From NCBI GenBank assembly GCA_963788655.1, contig CAWBHS010000076.1, positions 32,001 to 96,000 on the forward strand: a DNA stretch of 64,000 nucleotides, read 5' to 3'. Position numbers and translations under genes: made by a program. Positions 42,614-51,696 of this stretch are shown in pieces. The stretch's first letter is position 1, and each line of letters opens with the position of its first letter. Under the pieces are notes generated by a model. The model was not told where the DNA came from and made no database searches. It saw only the letters and a list, made by a program, of their open reading frames with translations. The stretch comes from an uncultured Verrucomicrobiae bacterium (GTDB taxonomy: Bacteria > Verrucomicrobiota > Verrucomicrobiia > Limisphaerales > JAFGQR01).

Positions 42614-44206
42614 ATGTTCTTAAGTCACCGCAATTTCGTCTCAATGATTCTTCGCTTACTCCAGGCACACACGCTGCGGCTTGCCGCGCTGTGCGGAACA
42701 CTTCTGGCCAGCTCGGGCTTCCTGCTCACCGCCGCCGAGCGCCCCAACATCATCGTCTTCCTCGTGGATGACATGGGGGTGATGGACACGTCCGTGCCGT
42801 TTCTCACCGATGAAGCCGGCGCGCCGAAGCCTTATCCCCTTAATGATTTTTATCGCACGCCGAACATGGAGCGACTGGCGGTCCGGGGCATCCGGTTCAA
42901 TAACTTTTGTGCGATGAGCGTGTGTTCCCCGACGCGCATATCGATCATGACCGGGCAGAACGCGGCCCGGCACCGCACCACCAACTGGATCAATCCCGAC
43001 CGGGACAACGCCGGCCCCTACGGTCCGCCGCAATGGAACTGGAAGGGTTTGCAGCGCGGCGATGTCACCCTGGCCCGTCTCCTCCAGGCCAACGGCTATC
43101 GCACCATTCACATTGGCAAAGGCCACTTTGGACCACGGGCGTCCGCTGGCGCCGAGCCCCGGAATCTCGGCTTCGACCTCAATGTTGGTGGCGCCGCCAT
43201 CGGTGCCCCCGCGAGCTATTACGGCGAACGGAATTACGGCAACCTGGGCGGCAACGTCAAAAAGCAAGCGTCTCACGCTGTCCCGCACTTGGAGAAATAC
43301 CATGGCACCCACACGTTCCTGACGGAAGCGCTCACCCGCGAAGCCAACACGCGGATTGGCGAGGCGGTGAAGGCCAGCCAACCGTTCTTCCTTTATTTGG
43401 CGCACTACGCGGTCCACGCACCGTTCAATTCCGATCCGCGGTTTGCCGCCCATTATAAGAATTCCGGCAAGCCAGCCCCGGCCCAGGCGTTCGCCACGTT
43501 GATCGAAGGCATGGACAAATCGCTGGGCGACGTCCTCGACCATCTGGAGGCACTGGGCATCGCGGAGAATACGCTCATTTTTTTCCTGGGGGATAATGGT
43601 TCCGACGCGCCGCTGGGTGATCCCCACGAAGTGGCCTGCGCCGCGCCGCTGCGCGGCAAGAAAGGGGCGCATTACGAAGGTGGCATGCGGGTGCCGTTCA
43701 TCGCGGCCTGGGCCAAGGCGCGCGCGGACAATCCTTACCAACGGCGCCTCCCCATCACTGCCGGCGTCATCCAGAACCAAATGGCTTCCGTTTGTGATCT
43801 GTTCCCCACGATCCTGGGCTTGCTCGACCTCACCTCACCTGCGGATCACCGGGTGGATGGCCGGCGCCTTGATACCCTGCTCACGGGGCAGCGCGATCCC
43901 AATCGCCGTGAGACGTTCCTGATGCACTACCCACACTCCCCCCACCGCAGCGACTACTTCACGGTGTTTCGGGATGGTCCTTGGAAGGTCATTTATCACT
44001 ACTTTCCATCGAAAGCCTCCGCGGGTTCGCACTACCAGCTTTTCAACCTGGCCAACGACCCTTTCGAACAGCATAACCTTACGACATCGCAGCCCCAGGA
44101 ACTGCGTCGCATGATGCGGGAACTCGTGACTGCTTTGGAAGATCATCAGGCCGTTTATCCCGTGGACAAAGCCAGCCGGTTGCCGCTGAAGCCGCAGTTG
44201 CCCTGA
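42614..44206 (+). CDS. Secreted S1 sulfatase
   Basis: PNIIVFLVDDMG, CSPTR (formylglycine motif), GKGH, GDNG. Confidence 0.95.
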   Translation: MFLSHRNFVSMILRLLQAHTLRLAALCGTLLASSGFLLTAAERPNIIVFLVDDMGVMDTSVPFLTDEAGAPKPYPLNDFYRTPNMERLAVRGIRFNNFCAMSVCSPTRISIMTGQNAARHRTTNWINPDRDNAGPYGPPQWNWKGLQRGDVTLARLLQANGYRTIHIGKGHFGPRASAGAEPRNLGFDLNVGGAAIGAPASYYGERNYGNLGGNVKKQASHAVPHLEKYHGTHTFLTEALTREANTRIGEAVKASQPFFLYLAHYAVHAPFNSDPRFAAHYKNSGKPAPAQAFATLIEGMDKSLGDVLDHLEALGIAENTLIFFLGDNGSDAPLGDPHEVACAAPLRGKKGAHYEGGMRVPFIAAWAKARADNPYQRRLPITAGVIQNQMASVCDLFPTILGLLDLTSPADHRVDGRRLDTLLTGQRDPNRRETFLMHYPHSPHRSDYFTVFRDGPWKVIYHYFPSKASAGSHYQLFNLANDPFEQHNLTTSQPQELRRMMRELVTALEDHQAVYPVDKASRLPLKPQLP

Positions 44207-44409
44207 ATCGCTTCAAATCCGGAAGAATGCTGGGCGCGGCTATCACCTGATTGGGTCACAAACCCCAAGAACACTACGAAAGTTGCCGAAGGCCCTCAAC
44301 GGTAATGCATTTACCCGCTGTAGCAGGATTCGCCTGCTTGCGCTTCTGTTCGAAGTTCGGCAGCAAAAAGGAGAGCGACGAACCGGGCAGAAACCGCTAA
44401 TGTCAAAGC

Positions 44410-44634
44410 ATGAGCTACCAAAACCTCATCACGATAGAACCCGGAAAGCGGGGCGGACGTCCCTGCATACGGGGAATGCGGATTACCGTCTCCGATGTAC
44501 TGGGCTGGTTGGCCACTGGAATGTCGCACCAGGAAATCATCGACGACTTTCCAGAACTGACGGAAAAAGACATACGCGCCTGCCTGGAATACGCGGCCGA
44601 CCGTGAGCGGCGGCTGGTTACCGTGAGCTCATGA
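44410..44634 (+). CDS. DUF433 antitoxin
   Basis: GKRGGRPCIRGMRITV...DFPELT..DI.ACL.YA. Confidence 0.93.
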   Translation: MSYQNLITIEPGKRGGRPCIRGMRITVSDVLGWLATGMSHQEIIDDFPELTEKDIRACLEYAADRERRLVTVSS

Positions 44635-44963
44635 AGTTGCTGTTCGATCAGAACCTCAGCTTCAAGCTCGGCAAGAAACTGGATGACCTGTTTCCGGGAT
44701 CCAGTCAGGTGAAATTACTCGGCATGGAAGAAGCCGAGGACCACGAGATTTGGGAGTACGCTCGACTTCGTGGTTTCACTCTGGTGACGAAGGACGTGGA
44801 CTATTACGAACGGAGCACCTTGCTGGGGCATCCGCCGAAGGTGATTTGGCTGCGATGCGGCAATCAAGCGACCGCGTTCATTGAGAGTTTGCTGAGAAAT
44901 CATTACGCGAACATTGTTCAGTTCGAAAAGGACGCAACGGTAGGTTGTTTGGAAATCTATTAA
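44631..44963 (+). CDS. DUF5615 PIN-like toxin
   Basis: MKLLFDQNLS...D.EIW..A...VTKD.DY; ATGA overlap with antitoxin. Confidence 0.92.
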   Translation: MKLLFDQNLSFKLGKKLDDLFPGSSQVKLLGMEEAEDHEIWEYARLRGFTLVTKDVDYYERSTLLGHPPKVIWLRCGNQATAFIESLLRNHYANIVQFEKDATVGCLEIY

Positions 44964-45150
44964 AGCCCCGAACGACATGGGCTGGGCACTGACCGAGAAT
45001 TGGCATGGCGAAGAGGCCGAGCGGGTGTAGCAGAAGATCGTGGATTTGACGCCGCCGGAATTTGAACGTCCATTCAACAACTTGAGGGAATTACGGCGGC
45101 ACAATCAATGCAGTGGACATCAAGTAGCTTGATCAACAACAGGAAATTCT

Positions 45151-47604
45151 ATGCAAACAACGAACCGCCTTCTTAACATGCTCCAAGTGCTGCTCTTGTT
45201 CGCTGGCCTCGTGCCTGAAGTGGGCGCGGTGGAAGGGCTTCTGGCCACCCGTCCAGACCAATTCAAACCGGTCACCCTGGAGGGGGTCCAGCCAAAGTTT
45301 TCTATCCCGCCCGATTCCCGGCTGGCGCGGAATGAGCATCCCCGGTTCCTGGTCACTCGGGAGGACTTGGAGACGCTGCAAAGACGCCGGTCTGATCCGC
45401 GGTTGGCGGCGGAATTTGAAGCACTGAAGCGACAGGCTGACCGCGACCGGCCAACCGACTGCATCGGCTTGAAACGCGCGCTGCTCTGGAAATTCACCGG
45501 CGATCGGAAATACCTCGACGCCATCAAAAATTCCCCGGATTTCAAGCGGCCTGCATGGACGTTCAGTTGGCCGGCCATGATCGACCTGATCTGGGATGAC
45601 TTGACGGCAGCAGAACGCACCGAGCTGTCCGGCCTGGTGGTCAAAGCAGTGAGCAAGGATGGCGCTTTGTATTGGCGACCGACACTCCACCTCGTAAGTG
45701 TGTTCTACGAAGGTGGCCAGGGGCCGAATGACCCGGCTTTGCTGACGCGAATGAAACACGATTTTGACCAGACACTGATCCAATGGACCGACAAGTTGAA
45801 CCGTTGGGCCGCCGGACGCGGCGGTTCGGACATGAGCCACGGTTACAATGGCGAGCACGCTTACTGGGAGCCGTTCGTAGCCGCGATCGGTTGGTCGCAC
45901 GCCACGGGCGAGGATTACCTGAGCCGCGCTGACTTCACCAAATACCAAAGTGCCTTTTACTGGTATCACTTTGTGCCGGGACTGACTCCGCTCACAGTCG
46001 AGAAAATCGGCGTGACGCGCACCGCCGACGATCCCAGTGCGGTGACGCCGGCGCACAGCGGCGCGAATCACTTGCTCTTTCTAACGTTCACCCGCGAACA
46101 TGACGGCCTGGGGCTGGCCTGGATGGAAACGTTCCACGCCCAGGAACCCGCCTGGAACCGTGACCGCGAAGCGTTGGGCCGGTTCCTTTGGTGGGACCCG
46201 GATCAAAAGCAGCTCGATCCCACGACACTCCCAACCACGCGCCTTTTTCCCACATCCGGCCACGTGACCATGCGCTCGGACTGGGGTGAGGACGCGACTT
46301 TCGCCACGTTTCGCTGCGGGCGTTTCGGGGAGATCGATGGCACGTGGGGTCGAAACAATGCGGACAATCTCAGCTTCACGATTCGCAAGCGCGGACCGCT
46401 CGCCATTGATTCCGGGCCGGTGCATGGTCAGAACACGACGGTGCTCAAGTTCTACGGTGAAGGGAGCGACTCAGGCATTCCCGCCATCGGCAACTACGGG
46501 CGCCAGACCATCGCGCACAATTCCATCACCATCGGCGACGGCGAATACGTGCATCGCGATTGGCGGGGCCGCACGACGGGCAACGTGGTTCGGCGCGGCG
46601 GACAATCGGTTCCGCAGGCTCCGGATTGGTGGGCCCAATGGGGCTTCACCAACGCCCAGAACGATTTCATGGAGGGACGGATCACCGCCTACCGCACCCA
46701 TCCGCTTTATGATTACGCCTGCGGCGACGCCCGCTTCAGTTATCCGCCGGAATGGGGCGTCCAGGAAATCACGCGGCAGTTCATCTATCTCAAACCGGAC
46801 GTGTTTGTGATCTATGACCGGCTGGTGCTGGCCGATCCGGCGAAGAAGCCTTGCTGGATGCTGCACACTTTGCGCGAACCCAAAGCCAACGGCACGGAAA
46901 CGGCGCTGACACCGGAAGAGATCGGTCCCCAGTATTTCTGGAGCGGTCAGGGGAAAGTGCCGCATCCCAATCCCGGTGGGCAGGTGTGGATGGGGGGTGA
47001 TGGATTCACGGTGGAATCCGGTTCGCCAGGGAAGCCGGGCGGCGGATGGCTCCACGTCCGCACGCTGTACCCGACTGCCAATGATTGCGAACGCAAGAAG
47101 ATCGGCGGCAAAGGCCATGATTTCGAGGTGGGCGGCGTGCAATACGGTTTGAGCGACGAAGGCTATCAACAGGCCGAGAGCCCCTACGCCGTACGGAGCA
47201 CCATTGGGTTGCTGGGGTGGCGGGTGGAACTCCGGCCCCAAACGCCTTCCCGCAACGTGGAATTTCTGCACGTGCTTCAAGCTGGCTTGAACGGTCAGAC
47301 GCCCGACGCCGTTCTTAGCGCCACCCATGAAACCACCGCGGCGATGCAAGTCGTCACCGTGCAACAGGGCGCCCGGCGGTTCGTCCTTCACCTCAATCGC
47401 ACCGGCCCACGGGGCGGTTCCCTTTCCGCAAAGGATGAGACTATTTACATTGATGACTCGTTGCCAACGCAAGTGGAAGACCACTGGCGCTATTTCAAAA
47501 ACGACCCGCATTTCAAAGACTGGGTAACGGACCCGCGCTATCGAGTCGTCATTGAGCCGACCGCCCAAGACCGGCAGTGTCTGGAGCAGTTATTGCCTCG
47601 ATGA
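45151..47604 (+). CDS. Secreted heparinase II/III-like polysaccharide lyase
   Basis: Signal peptide; EHPRF; MRSDW; LAIDSG; TIAHNSI; Y..GDA; R.F.YL. Confidence 0.75.
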   Translation: MQTTNRLLNMLQVLLLFAGLVPEVGAVEGLLATRPDQFKPVTLEGVQPKFSIPPDSRLARNEHPRFLVTREDLETLQRRRSDPRLAAEFEALKRQADRDRPTDCIGLKRALLWKFTGDRKYLDAIKNSPDFKRPAWTFSWPAMIDLIWDDLTAAERTELSGLVVKAVSKDGALYWRPTLHLVSVFYEGGQGPNDPALLTRMKHDFDQTLIQWTDKLNRWAAGRGGSDMSHGYNGEHAYWEPFVAAIGWSHATGEDYLSRADFTKYQSAFYWYHFVPGLTPLTVEKIGVTRTADDPSAVTPAHSGANHLLFLTFTREHDGLGLAWMETFHAQEPAWNRDREALGRFLWWDPDQKQLDPTTLPTTRLFPTSGHVTMRSDWGEDATFATFRCGRFGEIDGTWGRNNADNLSFTIRKRGPLAIDSGPVHGQNTTVLKFYGEGSDSGIPAIGNYGRQTIAHNSITIGDGEYVHRDWRGRTTGNVVRRGGQSVPQAPDWWAQWGFTNAQNDFMEGRITAYRTHPLYDYACGDARFSYPPEWGVQEITRQFIYLKPDVFVIYDRLVLADPAKKPCWMLHTLREPKANGTETALTPEEIGPQYFWSGQGKVPHPNPGGQVWMGGDGFTVESGSPGKPGGGWLHVRTLYPTANDCERKKIGGKGHDFEVGGVQYGLSDEGYQQAESPYAVRSTIGLLGWRVELRPQTPSRNVEFLHVLQAGLNGQTPDAVLSATHETTAAMQVVTVQQGARRFVLHLNRTGPRGGSLSAKDETIYIDDSLPTQVEDHWRYFKNDPHFKDWVTDPRYRVVIEPTAQDRQCLEQLLPR

Positions 47605-47639
47605 AGTATTTATTTGCCAACAAACCATTCGTGCAGTAT

Positions 47640-47657
47640 TTTCTGTCTAAACAGAAA
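47640..47657. promoter_or_regulatory. Palindromic operator candidate 1
   Basis: TTTCTGT-ctaa-ACAGAAA, 11 nt upstream of the regulator ATG. Confidence 0.75.
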
Positions 47658-47668
47658 TAAACGAAACA

Positions 47669-48199
47669 ATGCCGAAGCTCAGTAAAGTTCAGCAGAAGTT
47701 CATCCTCCACTGGGGCGAGATGGGAACCCAGTGGGGCATCAACCGCACCGTGGCCCAGATTCACGCGCTGCTGTTCATTTCGCCCACGCCGCTCAACGCG
47801 GATGACCTGGTCGAGACGCTGGACGTGGCCCGCTCGAACGTGAGCGCCAGCCTCAAGGAATTGCAGGGCTGGGGTATCGTGAAGCGCGTCCACGTGATGG
47901 GCGACAAGCGCGACCATTTCGAGAGCAAGAAGGATGTCTGGGAAATGTTCCGGGTGGTTTTGGACGAGCGGAAGAAACGCGAGATTGACCCGACGCTGGC
48001 CCTCTTGCACGAGTGCGTGGCGGAGGCGGAAACGGACAAGGCGACCGACCAATACACCGAAAACAAACTCAAGGAACTGGTCGATTTCTTTGAGGTCACC
48101 GGCTCGTGGTATGCCCAGGTTCGCCAATGGCCCACGTCCGCCCTGACCCGATTCATCAAACTCGGCAGCAAAGTGCGTCAACTTTTGGGCTTGGATTAG
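47669..48199 (+). CDS. GbsR/MarR-family transcriptional regulator
   Basis: FILHWGEMG..WGINRTVAQIHALL; ARSNVS.SLKEL..WG. Confidence 0.93.
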   Translation: MPKLSKVQQKFILHWGEMGTQWGINRTVAQIHALLFISPTPLNADDLVETLDVARSNVSASLKELQGWGIVKRVHVMGDKRDHFESKKDVWEMFRVVLDERKKREIDPTLALLHECVAEAETDKATDQYTENKLKELVDFFEVTGSWYAQVRQWPTSALTRFIKLGSKVRQLLGLD

Positions 48200-48221
48200 A
48201 CCGCAGCTAGATTTTTTTTGA

Positions 48222-49505
48222 GTGATAATTTCAGTGCTTACAGAAAATACCATAAATGCCGAATTTAACGAGGCGCGCGGCTGGATCTTCTACGACGCGG
48301 ACTGCGTGCTCTGCGTGCGAATCATGCGACGCGTTCGACGGTTGTTTGAAACGCGCGGATTCCACTGGCTGCCATTGCAATCGCCTGGAGCGGCGGCGCG
48401 GCTGGGCGTGAACGAAATTGCGTTCGCCACTCGCATGCACGTGCTCACCCAACGGGGTGGCGTGTTCCACAATGCCGACGCGCTGGGAATTCTTTGCCGT
48501 TCGGTCTGGTGGCTGTGGCCGCTGGGCGTCCTGCTCCTGGTGCCGGGCTTTCGCGGGCTTGCTCGCCTTGGCTATGATTGGATTGCCCGCCATCGCTATT
48601 GCTTGGGCGGACAGTGCGCTCGCCGGCCCGTGAAGCAAAGGTCAGCCGGCGTGGTCACTTGGATTCCCGCCGTGCTGTTGCCGATCTTGGCGTGGTTATG
48701 CACCCGGCACCTTCCGGCATGGCTGGTTATGTGGGCGTTGGCCTTCGCCCTGTTCGCCGGATGCAAATGGGCGACCTGCTGGGAAGCTTTCCGCGCTGGC
48801 CTGAACCCAAGCGGCAAACGTATCCTGGGCTACATATTTGTCTGGCCGGGGATGAATGCGCAGACGTTTTTCGACGAAAGCAAGGCGTTCGTGGTGGCGA
48901 GCAACGCCTGGGCCTGGGGACTGGCCAACTTGATTGGAGGCGCGGCTCTCGTCTGGGGAATTGTTCCGCAACTCATCGACGCGAAGCCGATGTTGGCCGG
49001 ATGGCTGGGGATGTTCGGGTTGGCGCTGATGTTGCATTTTGGGCTGTTCGCCCTGTTGGCCTGGGCGTGGAGGCGTGTCGGTGTGAACGCCACGCCGATT
49101 ATGCAAACGCCCGTGGCCGCGACGTCGTTGTCGGAATTTTGGGGAACGCGTTGGAACACTGCCTTTCATCAACTGGCGAATCGTTACGTGTTTCGTCCGC
49201 TGGCGCGTCGTGTCGGCGTCCGTATGGCGGCGATGGTGGTCTTCTTAACCTCAGGCTTGATTCACGACCTCGTCATCTCCGTTCCTGCGCATGCGGGCTA
49301 TGGATTACCCACGCTCTACTTTGCGATCCAGGGCCTGGGCGTACGGTTTGAACGAACTGGCATTGCCCGGAAACTTGGACTGGGAAATGGGCTCGCTGGT
49401 TGGTTGTTCACCATGGCGGTTACGGTGGGGCCGGCGGCTTTGCTGTTTCACCCGAAATTTGTCCACCATGTCATCGTGCCATTTCTGCGTGCCTTGGGCG
49501 CTTAA
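48222..49505 (+). CDS. DUF393 (DCC-family thioredoxin-like) fused to an MBOAT wax-synthase-like acyltransferase
   Basis: FYDADCVLC ... YDWIARHRY; then TM helices with SLSEFWGTRWN and SGLIHD. Confidence 0.85.
   Translation: MIISVLTENTINAEFNEARGWIFYDADCVLCVRIMRRVRRLFETRGFHWLPLQSPGAAARLGVNEIAFATRMHVLTQRGGVFHNADALGILCRSVWWLWPLGVLLLVPGFRGLARLGYDWIARHRYCLGGQCARRPVKQRSAGVVTWIPAVLLPILAWLCTRHLPAWLVMWALAFALFAGCKWATCWEAFRAGLNPSGKRILGYIFVWPGMNAQTFFDESKAFVVASNAWAWGLANLIGGAALVWGIVPQLIDAKPMLAGWLGMFGLALMLHFGLFALLAWAWRRVGVNATPIMQTPVAATSLSEFWGTRWNTAFHQLANRYVFRPLARRVGVRMAAMVVFLTSGLIHDLVISVPAHAGYGLPTLYFAIQGLGVRFERTGIARKLGLGNGLAGWLFTMAVTVGPAALLFHPKFVHHVIVPFLRALGA
48229..48246. promoter_or_regulatory. Palindromic operator candidate 2
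   Basis: TTTCAGT-gctt-ACAGAAA; same arms and spacing as site 1. Confidence 0.7.
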
Positions 49506-49523
49506 ACAAAGAAAGGAATTAGC

Positions 49524-49940
49524 ATGAAACTCGTCACCTTACTCCAACTCGCCGGAATTATGCACGTGGGCTTGATTGGGGCCGGCGCACTGATGCCCGG
49601 CGTCGTCGGTCTGCGCGCGCATCTGGCAAAGCTGCCGCCGTTCATCCGCCGACTGGTGTGGGTCTATTACACCTTCATCGGTTTTTGCCTGATTGCGTTT
49701 GGTAGCATGACCTTCTTCTTCGCGGACGCGATGGCGTCGGGAACGCCACTGGCACGGGCGTTGTGCGCTTTCTTCTGCTTGTTCTGGATGCTGCGATTGG
49801 TGGTGGCGACCTTCGTGTTCGACCTCCGGCCGTATTTGACCAATCGGTGGCGCCGCCTCGGTTACCACGCCACCAATATCGTGTTTGGGCTGCTTCCCAT
49901 CATCTATGGCTGGGCAGCCTTGAAGGGAGGACTGACATGA
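49524..49940 (+). CDS. Four-helix membrane protein
   Basis: Hydrophobic segments; AAGGA RBS; ATGA overlap with next gene. Confidence 0.75.
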   Translation: MKLVTLLQLAGIMHVGLIGAGALMPGVVGLRAHLAKLPPFIRRLVWVYYTFIGFCLIAFGSMTFFFADAMASGTPLARALCAFFCLFWMLRLVVATFVFDLRPYLTNRWRRLGYHATNIVFGLLPIIYGWAALKGGLT

Positions 49941-50722
49941 AGTCACCTATCAAATACGTCCGTGCGGTGATGACGCGACGGATTCTGGTCAATTTCCGGG
50001 TGCGACCGGAGGCCTTGCAAGCGGTGCTACCCGCGCCCTTCCGGCCCAAACTCATCAATGGTTGGGGCCTCGGCGGAATATGTCTGATCAAACTCCAACA
50101 CCTGCGACCTTGGTTCCTGCCCGACTTTGTCGGGACTTCCTCCGAAAACGCTGCCCATCGCATCGCGGTGGAGTGGACGGAGGCCGGTGTCATCCAAAGT
50201 GGCGTCTTCATCCCGCGCCGGGACACGAATTCAGTCGTCAACCTGCTGGCCGGCGGACGACTGTTTCCCGGAGCGCATCACTTTGCGCGGTTCCAATGCG
50301 CCGAGACGGAACAACAGTTTCAAGTCGCGCTGCGCAGCCGCGATGGGGAAACGGTTGTCCGGATCGAAGCCCACCTTGCGAATGAATGGCCGACGGGTTC
50401 CGTTTTCGCGTCGCTCGAACAAGCTTCGGCCTTTCTGAAGGAGGGAAACTGCGGCTGGTCGCCGTGTGAAGGCGGCCGCCATTTTGAAGGAGTTGAACTG
50501 CGCACCGAGCGTTGGGAAATGCAATCCCTCGCGGTGACGCATGTCCAATCCAGCTTCTTTTCGGACAAGCCTCGGTTCGCTCCCGGTAGCGTTGAGTTTG
50601 ACTCCGCACTGCTCATGCGCGGTATTCCACACACTTGGAACGCGCTGGAGTCTGGAAATTCCATCGTCTCTGTTCAACCCAGCAATCGCCACCGAACACG
50701 GACATTTCTCGAAATGCCGTGA
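49937..50722 (+). CDS. DUF2071 (YqjF-like) protein
   Basis: RRILVNFRV, GICLI.L, SENAAHRIAV, GVFIPRRDT. Confidence 0.85.
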   Translation: MKSPIKYVRAVMTRRILVNFRVRPEALQAVLPAPFRPKLINGWGLGGICLIKLQHLRPWFLPDFVGTSSENAAHRIAVEWTEAGVIQSGVFIPRRDTNSVVNLLAGGRLFPGAHHFARFQCAETEQQFQVALRSRDGETVVRIEAHLANEWPTGSVFASLEQASAFLKEGNCGWSPCEGGRHFEGVELRTERWEMQSLAVTHVQSSFFSDKPRFAPGSVEFDSALLMRGIPHTWNALESGNSIVSVQPSNRHRTRTFLEMP

Positions 50723-50763
50723 CGGCGATTCATGTCCACGCTTGATGCGCGCCAAACCAGCTT

Positions 50764-51696
50764 ATGAAAACGCAAGCGAACTACCTCACTCAGGTTGCCT
50801 GGCGAGATCTCGTGCCGCTCTCCACCGCCGAAAAGATGTGGGAACTCACGTTGCGCCTGCCGTGGCTTGGATTGTCATTGTGGCTTTACCAAGTCGGGTG
50901 GTGGCGGCTGGGAGCGATGGCCTCGTTTTACTTCTTTTTGACTGGTCTGCGGCAGTCCCACAATGCCCAACACTATTCGCTCGGACTTTCGCACCGAATC
51001 CAGGACACGATTTTGTTCATCCTGAGCGGGCTGATGCTCGCCAGCATGCATGCGGTGCAAGTGACACATTTGCACCATCACCGCCACTGTCTTGCGGAGG
51101 CTGACGTGGAAGGCGCGACGGCGCGGAAAGCCTGGTGGCGGGCCTTGCTGGAAGGACCGCTGTTCATTGGGCGGCTGCACTGGTTTGCCTGGCAGTTGGC
51201 GGGCCGCGTCAAGCGCCGGTGGATCCTCGCTGAATTGGCGGTGATGGCCGCATGGCTTGGACTGGTTTTCGGGGTTTTCAAATGGCCGGCCTGGCGTTGG
51301 CACGCGGGAGCCATGCTGGTGGGCGAATGTTTCGCGGCGTTCTTTGCGGTATGGACGGTTCATCACGACTGCGATTCCGACGCGGCCATCGGGCGGACCC
51401 AACGCGGCCGATGGTGGACGGCTCTGACTTACAGCATGTTTCTCCACGCCGAACATCATCTTTTTCCCGCGGTGCCTACGATTCACCTCGCCCGGTTGGC
51501 GGAACGGCTCGACGCCGCCGGCTTGAATTACCAACCTCAGAGTGTGTTTAAAACGGGTAGCCGCCAACCTCAGAACGCGGATTCGCCAGAGTCAAGTGGC
51601 CAAAACGTCCACCTCCTTGCGTCGGTGGCTACAGGATTACGGAATGTCAAAACATGCCCAGAGGTCAACTTGGGCCGGAGCCGAGCAAGACTATGA
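50764..51696 (+). CDS. Membrane fatty-acid desaturase-family protein
   Basis: His boxes HNAQH, HLHHH, H.EHH; C-terminus extended by a REP-derived segment. Confidence 0.88.
   Translation: MKTQANYLTQVAWRDLVPLSTAEKMWELTLRLPWLGLSLWLYQVGWWRLGAMASFYFFLTGLRQSHNAQHYSLGLSHRIQDTILFILSGLMLASMHAVQVTHLHHHRHCLAEADVEGATARKAWWRALLEGPLFIGRLHWFAWQLAGRVKRRWILAELAVMAAWLGLVFGVFKWPAWRWHAGAMLVGECFAAFFAVWTVHHDCDSDAAIGRTQRGRWWTALTYSMFLHAEHHLFPAVPTIHLARLAERLDAAGLNYQPQSVFKTGSRQPQNADSPESSGQNVHLLASVATGLRNVKTCPEVNLGRSRARL
51540..51659. repeat. Degenerate family-A REP/MITE copy inside the desaturase 3' end
   Basis: GTAGCCGCCAAC ... CCTCCTTGCGTCGGTGGCTAC between TIR-like GAGTGTGTTTAAAA and AAAACATGCCC. Confidence 0.65.
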
